64,000 bases of DNA from Myxococcota bacterium (lineage in GTDB: Bacteria > Myxococcota_A > UBA9160 > UBA6930): positions 3,904,001 to 3,968,000 of the forward strand of contig OZ245015.1 of the NCBI GenBank assembly GCA_965223705.1, written 5' to 3'. Below are positions 19,717 to 27,431 of this stretch, piece after piece; the first letter of the stretch is position 1; each line of letters starts with the position of its first letter. The position numbers and the translations under genes were made by a program. The notes under the pieces were generated by a model, which was given only the letters and a program-made list of their open reading frames with translations, was not told the DNA's origin and did not search any database.

Positions 19717-20404
19717 CGACGTCGGTGTCGTGCGCGGAAGCTCCTTGCTCCTCGACGTACCCAACGTGCGCTTGGCAGCCGGTGGACCGACGCTGATCCT
19801 CGGGCCGAACGGCGCGGGCAAGAGCCTCCTGCTGCGGGTTTGTCACGGTCTTCTCACGCCCGACCGCGGGCGCGTCGTCTGGCACGGCCGCCTGGCGAAC
19901 GAGGCCGCACTTCACCAGGCGATGGTTCTCCAGCGACCGGTCCTCCTCCGTCGAAGCGTCGCGGCCAACCTCGACTATGCCCTGCGCGTTCGGGGCACTC
20001 CGAAGAGCGAGCGGATGTCGAAAACCGAAGAAGTTCTCACCGCGACAGGCCTCCTCGCACTGGCGGATCGAAGCGCGCGATCGCTGTCTGTAGGCGAACA
20101 GCAACGCCTCGCTCTCGCTCGCGCTTGGGCCCTCGATCCGGAGGTGTTGTTCCTCGACGAACCCACGGCTTCCGTCGACCCGGGCGCCGCGCATCGGTTG
20201 GAGCAGGCGATCCGGGCGATTTCGGCCGGTGGCACGAAGATCGTCATGAGCTGCCACGACCTGCGCCTGGCCGAGCGGATTGCGAGCGAGGTTCTTTTCC
20301 TTCACCGGGGACGCCTGTTGGAGGTCCGCACGGGACGTGACTTCTTTGGGGGCACGAGTTCTCCTGAGGCGCAAGCATTCCTCCGGGGCGAGCTCAGCTG
20401 GTAG
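19538..20404 (+). CDS. tupC: Tungstate ABC transporter ATPase with repeat-expanded N-terminus (true start may be any repeat GTG, e.g. 19682)
   Basis: Walker A GPNGAGKS, signature LSVGEQQR, Walker B FLDEPT and H-loop; follows tupB. Confidence 0.85.
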   Translation: MPTERIPPLEPDVPTERIPPLEPDVPTERIPPLEPDVPTERIPPLEPDVPNERILPLELHDVGVVRGSSLLLDVPNVRLAAGGPTLILGPNGAGKSLLLRVCHGLLTPDRGRVVWHGRLANEAALHQAMVLQRPVLLRRSVAANLDYALRVRGTPKSERMSKTEEVLTATGLLALADRSARSLSVGEQQRLALARAWALDPEVLFLDEPTASVDPGAAHRLEQAIRAISAGGTKIVMSCHDLRLAERIASEVLFLHRGRLLEVRTGRDFFGGTSSPEAQAFLRGELSW

Positions 20405-20449
20405 CTCGCCCGTCTCAACCGTTTTTTGGCGGGCGCCGATACAGGCGGC

Positions 20450-20974
20450 ATGGCCCTCTCCCTAAAGAAGACCGCGCAAGCGTTCGCTTTGACCCTCGGC
20501 GCCCTCGCTTGCGCAGGGGGGCCTTCGACCACAGCGGACCGGGCCGCGACGAACGCTTCCCGGCTCGTCGCCGAGCAACGGCATGTCGAAGCGATCCGGG
20601 AACTCTCGATCGCCAGCCGGTATGAACCCGACCCCGATCGCTTGATGGAACTGGCAGAACTCCTTCTCGAAGCCGGACAAACGCGACGCGCTGCGCAGGC
20701 ACTCGGGCGCGCGACAGAGCTCGCGCCCGAGCGCGTGGATCTCTGGATTCGCCTCGGCGACGTCGAGGAGATCGGGCAGCGCTACGAGAGCGCCTTCCGC
20801 GCGTTGGGCCACGCCCTGGAACTCGAGCCCAACCGGATCGAGATCGCGAAACGGCGCGACATGCTTCAGGACCGCATCCAAGCGATTGAGCGAGCTCGGA
20901 AAGCGGCGGGAAACAACGAGATCCCGTGGCGCCCGCCCGTAGCAACGGAGCGCCCCCGCACCGGAGCCGACTAG
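20450..20974 (+). CDS. TPR-repeat putative lipoprotein
   Basis: Signal peptide with lipobox-like ALAC; TPR-like helices (RATELAP, HALELEP). Confidence 0.7.
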   Translation: MALSLKKTAQAFALTLGALACAGGPSTTADRAATNASRLVAEQRHVEAIRELSIASRYEPDPDRLMELAELLLEAGQTRRAAQALGRATELAPERVDLWIRLGDVEEIGQRYESAFRALGHALELEPNRIEIAKRRDMLQDRIQAIERARKAAGNNEIPWRPPVATERPRTGAD

Positions 20975-22161
20975 TGCCGGATCAACATCGGGTTGCGCGC
21001 GAGATCCTTGGTCAGGTTCTTGTGATGCGCTTCGAGGGTCCCGCCGCCGATCTCGATCAGCTTCGCGTCACGCCACAGCCGTTCGACGACGTACTCTCCC
21101 ATGTACCCGTTACCGCCCTGAACCTGAATCGCCGCGTCGGCGGCGCGTTTCGCCGCTTGGGAAGCGAAAAGCTTCGCGGCGTCAGCATCCACGCGTTGCC
21201 CGGTCGAACGAAGATCGATGCGGCGCGCGGTATCGTAGATCAGCACCCGCGCAGCCCGATATTCCGCAAAGCTCTCGGCGATGTGGCGCTGGATCTGCCC
21301 GTGCTCGCGGATCGGCACACCGAACGCTTTGCGCTCGCCCGAATAGTCGAGCATGACCTCGATGCAACGTTGCGCGATTCCCGACGACATCGCGGCGAGG
21401 GTCAGCCGCTCGATCTCGAGGTTCCGCATCATTTGCAGCGTGCCCGCGCCTTCCTCCCCGAGTCGGTTCTCTTCGGGGACGCGTACGCCGTCGAAGACGA
21501 GCTCGGTCGTGTACGAGGCGCGCATGCCGAGCTTGTCCTTCCATTTTTGTCCGAGACGAAAACCGTCCATGCCCTTCTCGACGAGGAAGCTCGAAATCTG
21601 CCGTTCCCCGGTCGCGGCGTAGACGATCATGACGTCGCCCAAGGTGTTCTCGTCGATGCCCCCGTTCGTGATGAAGGTCTTCGTACCGTCGAGGACGTAT
21701 TCCGCTCCGTCGCGCCGCGCCCGGGTCCGCATCGCGAGCACGTCGGTGCCGACGCCCGGCTCCGTCATGCACAAGCCGCCGATGCGCTTTCCCGACGCCA
21801 TCTCGGGGAGGATGCGCTTGCACTGGAGCTCGTTGCCGTTGACGGCCAGGTTCTGGGCGAACAGGATCGCGTGGGCGAGCACCGACAACGCGAACGCGGG
21901 ATCCGACGTGGAAAGCGCTTCGGCGACTTGCACCGCGGCCGTCGCATCGAGTCCCGAGCCTCCGTACTCCTCGGGGAGTGTGACGCCCAAGAACCCCAAG
22001 TCGCCGGCTCGCTGGAACAATGCGAAGTTGAACCGCTCGTCCCGATTGAATTCCGTCGCCTGGGGCTCGACCTCTCGGCTCACGAACTCGCGGAGGGTCC
22101 CGGCGAGCATCTCGTGTTCCGGAGTCGGAGCGACCAGGTTGAGATCGGCTATTGCGGACAT
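20971..22161 (-). CDS. Acyl-CoA dehydrogenase (isovaleryl-CoA dehydrogenase-like)
   Basis: MTEPGVGTD, GTKTFITNG, KLGMRAS and WRDAKLIEIGGGT motifs. Confidence 0.9.
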   Translation of the reverse strand: MSAIADLNLVAPTPEHEMLAGTLREFVSREVEPQATEFNRDERFNFALFQRAGDLGFLGVTLPEEYGGSGLDATAAVQVAEALSTSDPAFALSVLAHAILFAQNLAVNGNELQCKRILPEMASGKRIGGLCMTEPGVGTDVLAMRTRARRDGAEYVLDGTKTFITNGGIDENTLGDVMIVYAATGERQISSFLVEKGMDGFRLGQKWKDKLGMRASYTTELVFDGVRVPEENRLGEEGAGTLQMMRNLEIERLTLAAMSSGIAQRCIEVMLDYSGERKAFGVPIREHGQIQRHIAESFAEYRAARVLIYDTARRIDLRSTGQRVDADAAKLFASQAAKRAADAAIQVQGGNGYMGEYVVERLWRDAKLIEIGGGTLEAHHKNLTKDLARNPMLIRH

Positions 22162-22199
22162 CGGATCCTCCCGGAATGGGTCGCTCCGAGGATAGCCGG

Positions 22200-23459
22200 A
22201 TGACTGACGTGCGCCGGCTCCCCAAGAATGTCCTGGTTTTAACAAAGACCGCCCGATTGGGCGGCGCGGAACGCGTTCTCATGAACGCACTTCCGTACCT
22301 CGACCGGGAGCGCTTTTACTATCGCTTTGCTGGACTCGACGACGTCGGTCCGCTCGCCGACGCTGTCCGCGCCGCGGGTTTTCGGTTCACTCGGTTGCCG
22401 ACCACCTCGCCCCTCGCTCCGCGCAACTACAGCGCCTTGCGGCGGCTCGTCCGCAGCGCGTCGGTCGACTTGGTGCACGCGCACTTGCCGCTCACAGGTT
22501 GTCTCGCCCGAACGGCGCTGCGCGGTTTGGTCCCGGTGATCTACAGCGAGCACAATCTGCAGGACAGCTACCACACCGCGTCGCGCTGGCTCAACGCCCG
22601 GACCTATCGCTGGCAGGAACGCGTGATCGCGGTGTCCTCCGAAGTTGGGCGTAACGCTGCGAAACGGATCGGAAGAAGCGCCGAGGAACGGCTCCGCGTC
22701 GTTCCGAACGGCGTGGACTTCGACCGTTTGGATCGCGAAGCCGACGCGCGACCGAACCCACCGCTCGGTGACGACTCGGGTGCTCTCCGGATTCTCGTCC
22801 CGGGCACGCTCGCGAAGCGCAAGGGACAGGACATCCTGCTCGACGCGATCGCCGAACTTTCCGCGACCCGAGATTTCGCGTTCGAGGTGTGGCTCGCCGG
22901 AGATGGTCCGCTTCAATCGGAGCTGCGTCGCCGTTGCGATCTGGACACGGCGACGTTTCGATCGATTCGTTTTCTCGGAAGAAGAAGCGACGTGTTCGCA
23001 TTGATGAAGGCGGCGGATTTGATCGTCCTACCGTCTCGCTACGAAGGCCACCCCCTGGCACTCCTCGAAGCCATGGCCCTCGGCAAGGCGTGCCTAGCGA
23101 CCCGAGTCGGCGGTGTCCCCGAGATCATCACATCGGGCCGAAACGGCTGGTTGGTCGCACCCAAATGTCCGAGTGAGATCGCTGAAGCGTTGCGCCAACT
23201 CGGCGGGGACGCCGCACTCCGCCGGCGACTCGGCGCAGCTGCTGCGCAAGACGTGCGGCGGCGCTTCGATATCCGCGTCGCGGTCCGCGCTTGGGAAGAT
23301 GTCTACGAAGAGGTGCTGTGCGAGACGGCGCTCAAAGCTCAGCCAAGGTTTGCTCGACGAAACTCGCGATCGCTCGACGGTGCTCTGCCGACGTATCCGC
23401 GAACACGAGCCCCAGGTCCGGCACCAACTGGTAGGACGTCTCCGCGTGGGTCTGAATAG
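22200..23459 (+). CDS. GT4-family glycosyltransferase
   Basis: GGAER, PNGVD, KGQDILL and PSRYEGHPLALLEAMA motifs. Confidence 0.9.
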   Translation: MTDVRRLPKNVLVLTKTARLGGAERVLMNALPYLDRERFYYRFAGLDDVGPLADAVRAAGFRFTRLPTTSPLAPRNYSALRRLVRSASVDLVHAHLPLTGCLARTALRGLVPVIYSEHNLQDSYHTASRWLNARTYRWQERVIAVSSEVGRNAAKRIGRSAEERLRVVPNGVDFDRLDREADARPNPPLGDDSGALRILVPGTLAKRKGQDILLDAIAELSATRDFAFEVWLAGDGPLQSELRRRCDLDTATFRSIRFLGRRSDVFALMKAADLIVLPSRYEGHPLALLEAMALGKACLATRVGGVPEIITSGRNGWLVAPKCPSEIAEALRQLGGDAALRRRLGAAAAQDVRRRFDIRVAVRAWEDVYEEVLCETALKAQPRFARRNSRSLDGALPTYPRTRAPGPAPTGRTSPRGSE

Positions 23460-23976
23460 TCCCGACCTGCGGAAGTTCAAAGGAAAGATCGACCTCGCTT
23501 CCGAGGTGGAGCGGTTCCGGGCTCCGCAACAGACACCCGTTTTCCGAGAGCGATAGGACCGAAGCATTCCACTCGCGGCTGTCGGCGCGGCACGTCGCCG
23601 GGAGGTAGGTAGGTACCCGCGGCGTCGCCCGCGGGACGTCCTCGAGCGCGAGCTGGATCAAGCGGAACAACTCGTGAAGGCCGGCCGGACGTCGAACCGC
23701 GCCGATAAAGCGGGGGTCCCCTCCGTCGACTCCCTGGCGTCCGGTGAGAGCGATTGTCGGTACCCCGTCTCCAGCCGCTTCGAGCTCGTCCATGCGCCGT
23801 TCGTCGATGATCCGCAGATCCGGTCGGGCGGCGTGATCGGCCTCCCGTAGAGAACGCCATTCCTCCTCGTTGAGGATCGAGTACCCCATCTTCGAGAGGA
23901 TCGCGCGGGTCAGCGGAACGTACGCGTCTTCTCGCGCGTAGGACAAAATGAGGCGCCTGGGGCCCTGGGATTCCAT
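23332..23976 (-). CDS. PilZ-domain protein with degenerate receiver-like N-terminus
   Basis: RATPR (RxxxR), SLSENGC and GLVF in the C-terminal domain; PDLRIID in the N-terminal part. Confidence 0.75.
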   Translation of the reverse strand: MESQGPRRLILSYAREDAYVPLTRAILSKMGYSILNEEEWRSLREADHAARPDLRIIDERRMDELEAAGDGVPTIALTGRQGVDGGDPRFIGAVRRPAGLHELFRLIQLALEDVPRATPRVPTYLPATCRADSREWNASVLSLSENGCLLRSPEPLHLGSEVDLSFELPQVGTIQTHAETSYQLVPDLGLVFADTSAEHRRAIASFVEQTLAEL

Positions 23977-24080
23977 GGGGGGTCTATCGGCCGGGGGCAG
24001 GTTGGGATTGAGGCATGCGGCGGCTGCCGGCCACCCGAGATGCGCAACTAGGGCCCCCATTCTCCCGCTAAGCTTCCACT

Positions 24081-24866
24081 GTGAGTTCGCCTCTCACCGA
24101 CGCGCAGCGGCGAGTCGTCGACGCCGACACCGCCCCGGGCACACGAACCTTCCCCGCCCTCGCCGCTTGGCTCCACGGGAAGCGACCGGCCCTCGAAGCG
24201 CGCCTCGCCGCACGGATCGGACGCGCGCTCGACCCGGGTGCGGTGGAATTCGAAGCCCTGCGCCGGTTCCGCAGTTTCGCCGTGTCCGCGCTGCGGGGCG
24301 TGCCGGCGGAGCCGGCCCTCGACGGTCTTCGCGTGGTGCCCCGGCGCGCTGAGACCTGGATCGACGCTTGGATCGATTCCGCGGTTTTGGAGGCCGGAAG
24401 CGGGGGCGCCACCGTGGGACAACATCTGCGCCCCCTCGGCGCCCGCTTCAAGGAAGCGCTCCAAGGAACATCGCGCGGACGAGCCGCAGCGGGAAGGCCG
24501 CGCTCTTCGAGGCGGTTCGTGACCGCCGCGATCGACCGCATCGCGTTGCCCTTTCTCGCAATCGACCCCGACGACGGCGCCATCCTCGACGCCAATCCCG
24601 CGGCTGCGGCCTTCTTCGAAATCTCGCGAGACGTTCTCGTCGGATCTCCCGTCACACGCTGGCTCGCCATCGGCCAACGAACCTCTGTCGAGGCGGAGCT
24701 CGATGCCATCGCCGAAGGCGGCGAGCAACGTCGTTTCGGATGTGTTGCGGTGACCGAGCGCGGGCGCGAAGCCGCACTCGACGTCCACTTGACGCGTTAC
24801 GTGCGGCGCGGCCGCGTCACTGCTCTGGCGCTCGTGTACGCGAGCCGTCCGGCAAATCGCGGCTGA
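24081..24866 (+). CDS. PAS-domain protein
   Basis: DGAILDANPAAAAFF...LVG PAS signature in the C-terminal half. Confidence 0.65.
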   Translation: MSSPLTDAQRRVVDADTAPGTRTFPALAAWLHGKRPALEARLAARIGRALDPGAVEFEALRRFRSFAVSALRGVPAEPALDGLRVVPRRAETWIDAWIDSAVLEAGSGGATVGQHLRPLGARFKEALQGTSRGRAAAGRPRSSRRFVTAAIDRIALPFLAIDPDDGAILDANPAAAAFFEISRDVLVGSPVTRWLAIGQRTSVEAELDAIAEGGEQRRFGCVAVTERGREAALDVHLTRYVRRGRVTALALVYASRPANRG

Positions 24867-24882
24867 GTATACTCGGCGACCC

Positions 24883-25668
24883 ATGAGCTACGAACGCGAG
24901 TGCAATACGGCCCGAGAGGCCGCCGCCGAAGCCGCGCGCATTCTCCTCGAGCACTACGAGCGCGGCGCGGAGGCTTGGGAGAAAAAGAAGGGAGACCCGG
25001 TCACCCAAGCGGATCTCGATGCCGATGTCGCCATTCGCGACATCTTGCGCGGGGCATTTCCCGACGATGCCATTCTCTCGGAAGAGACTGCCGACGACTC
25101 GTCCCGGCTGACGAAAGCGCGCGTTTGGATCGTCGATCCGATGGACGGCACCAAAGAGTTCACGAATGGTGTGCCGGAGTTCTGCACGTCGATTGCGTTG
25201 GTCGAAGACGGTGAACCCGTCGTCGGCGCCGTCGCGAATCCCGTGCAGAACGTCTCCGTTTGGGCGAGTCGCGGCGATGGAACCTTTCGCGACGGCGAGC
25301 GCGTTCGCGTGACCCGAACCGCCCAGCTCGAGCACGCCCACGTGATCGCGAGCCGCACCGAGATTTCACGCGGTCGATTTGACGAGCACCGCGGTTGGTT
25401 CGCGTCGTTGTCCGCGGTCGGGTCCATCGCTTGGAAGCTCGCATGTGTCGCGTCGGGAGAAGCAGATCTCAATGTGTCCTTCGCGCCCAAAAACGAATGG
25501 GATGTCTGTGCCGGGGATCTGCTCGTACGCGAGGCCGGAGGCGTCTACATGGCATTCGACGGGACGCTCCGCGCCTACAACCAGCGCGACCCACTCCTCG
25601 AGTCCCACATGGTCGCCGGGTGGGAAGAACTCGTTCGCGCTTTCTGCGAACGCGAGAACCGTTCCTAG
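24883..25668 (+). CDS. cysQ: 3'(2'),5'-bisphosphate nucleotidase CysQ / inositol monophosphatase family
   Basis: PVTQAD, LSEE, WIVDPMDGTKEF and EWDVCAG motifs. Confidence 0.82.
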   Translation: MSYERECNTAREAAAEAARILLEHYERGAEAWEKKKGDPVTQADLDADVAIRDILRGAFPDDAILSEETADDSSRLTKARVWIVDPMDGTKEFTNGVPEFCTSIALVEDGEPVVGAVANPVQNVSVWASRGDGTFRDGERVRVTRTAQLEHAHVIASRTEISRGRFDEHRGWFASLSAVGSIAWKLACVASGEADLNVSFAPKNEWDVCAGDLLVREAGGVYMAFDGTLRAYNQRDPLLESHMVAGWEELVRAFCERENRS

Positions 25669-26564
25669 TGTCGTGTGCGGCGGCTCCACAACGTGTGGAA
25701 AACGTGCAGACTGCTCCAGAACAAGTAGATCGGAGGTGCCAGCACCACCGCGTGCCACCCGCGAAGCGCGTCGACCGAGCCGAGAGCTCCGACAAGCAGC
25801 ACCGGGAGGCCGTGAGGAATGCCCACGCGAAGGGCGAGGCCGTGCCAACCGCCCCTTCGCCAGGAGCGCTCTGCGGAAACCAGGGCCCAAGAAAACACGT
25901 GGTACAAGGTCACCATCGCGAACGCTTCCGCGAATCGAAACCGGCTGCCGATCGCTTCCGCCCAGCACAGGACCACCAACGCGGTGGCGGCGGAACACGT
26001 CGATGCGCCGCTGCATCGCGCGAGAGCGACACAGGCGATGCCGATCCCTTGAAACCACCACGCCGGCGCAGCCGAACCCGGCCACGATGCGACGCCGAGT
26101 GCCTCGACAGCGCCCGCGGCCTGAAAAGCGACAAGAGCTGCGGCAAACCACGCGCCGTCGATCGCAAGGCCCGCTCGATCCGGCGAGAATCTGCTGATGT
26201 GGCCGCGCGCATAGAGACCGCTGAGGCCCCGGTCGTTTTCGATGCTGTGCCAGGTCGAAACGAACAACAGCCCGAGCCCGACCGCCGGTGCCGCACGCAC
26301 GGCTGTCGCGTACAAGACGAACGCCTCCGCGAGAACCAACACCGCAGCGCCGGTACGCCAGGGGGAGGCCCGCCACATCCGGATGGAACCGGTTCGCAAA
26401 GCGGCGCCGAGGAGGTGGCCGTAGCCGAGGACGAAGACGATGCGGTAGAGCAGCGCGTCGGCCCGGCCGGCCTCCGGGACCGCGTGGTTCGCCACGGCGA
26501 GCACGCCCAAAGAGAGCGCTGCGGCGGAGACCCGATTCGCGTTGGCAGCCCTAGCCGGTGACAT
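25665..26564 (-). CDS. His-rich polytopic membrane protein of unknown function (last gene of the Rhs operon)
   Basis: Many hydrophobic segments; His motifs GYGH, WHSIEND, LYHVFSW, PHG and SLHVFH; ATG at 26564 overlaps the CPBP stop. Confidence 0.65.
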   Translation of the reverse strand: MSPARAANANRVSAAALSLGVLAVANHAVPEAGRADALLYRIVFVLGYGHLLGAALRTGSIRMWRASPWRTGAAVLVLAEAFVLYATAVRAAPAVGLGLLFVSTWHSIENDRGLSGLYARGHISRFSPDRAGLAIDGAWFAAALVAFQAAGAVEALGVASWPGSAAPAWWFQGIGIACVALARCSGASTCSAATALVVLCWAEAIGSRFRFAEAFAMVTLYHVFSWALVSAERSWRRGGWHGLALRVGIPHGLPVLLVGALGSVDALRGWHAVVLAPPIYLFWSSLHVFHTLWSRRTRH

Positions 26565-27162
26565 AGGCACCGACGCGGGGCCAGAGGGACGCGCCCAGAT
26601 TGAAGCCGCAATGGACGCCAACGCAGACCCCGAGATCTCGGCACCGATGCTTGACCACAGCGAGGAGACAACCCACGACAAAACTCGCTGCCACCCGGCA
26701 GGGTTCTACGTGTGGAACGGCGAAGAGGAGACTCGTCCCCACCACGGCTGCGGCGGCGCTCATCCGCTTCGACCAGGCATCGAAAAGGCGACCCCGGTAG
26801 AGACATTCCTCGAACAGCGGGGCGAGAAACCAGGCGCACAGGGCGCTCATCGCCGTGAGTTCCGTGGGTTCGATGCTCGGGCATGTCCATTCTGCCCACC
26901 GAAAACAAGAGGCGATCGCGAAGACCCACAACGGGTACGTCAGGAACGCGAAGCTCGCAGCCGAGAGCACCGCTTGGGCGCATCGGCCGGGTCGCTTGCG
27001 TTGGCGGGGAACCTCGCGGAGAAGCCACGCCGCACCGCCGGCGAGACCGACACCCGTGGCAAACATCGGCGGCAACCATACGGAGACGAGCGCCGTGATC
27101 GACAAGCACAACCAACCGCCGGCGAGAAGTGCCAGGGGCGGCCCCGCTCGCAACGCGATCAC
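26551..27162 (-). CDS. CPBP (Abi/CAAX/Rce1-type) intramembrane glutamic protease
   Basis: APLFEECLYRG (EExxxR), LFAVPH (FxxxH) and VHCGFN (HxxxN); GTG at 27162 in a GTGA overlap with the upstream ORF. Confidence 0.85.
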   Translation of the reverse strand: MIALRAGPPLALLAGGWLCLSITALVSVWLPPMFATGVGLAGGAAWLLREVPRQRKRPGRCAQAVLSAASFAFLTYPLWVFAIASCFRWAEWTCPSIEPTELTAMSALCAWFLAPLFEECLYRGRLFDAWSKRMSAAAAVVGTSLLFAVPHVEPCRVAASFVVGCLLAVVKHRCRDLGVCVGVHCGFNLGASLWPRVGAYVTG

Positions 27163-27431
27163 GGCGCGTCTCCGCGGAGCGCCGCGGTCGCGCGCTCCCA
27201 ACGGCCCCCGCTGTAGAAGGCGCCCGCGACGGCGACCGAAACCACGCCGACCACAAACTTTGCCCACCAGCCAACGGTGCCGGGAGCTTCGACTCCGTTG
27301 AGACAACTCCACAAACCGACGACTCCGGACAACAGAAGAACGGGAGCGACGCCCATCTTCACCGCGCCCCGTTCGAAGTCGGCGCTGCGAGCGAGGGAGA
27401 CCGAACGAGCGGTGCCATGGTTACGCGCCAT
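27159..27431 (-). CDS. Small two-TM membrane protein, candidate Rhs immunity or accessory protein (alternative ATG at 27356)
   Basis: ATG overlaps the Rhs stop and its stop overlaps the CPBP GTG; two hydrophobic stretches. Confidence 0.55.
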   Translation of the reverse strand: MARNHGTARSVSLARSADFERGAVKMGVAPVLLLSGVVGLWSCLNGVEAPGTVGWWAKFVVGVVSVAVAGAFYSGGRWERATAALRGDAP

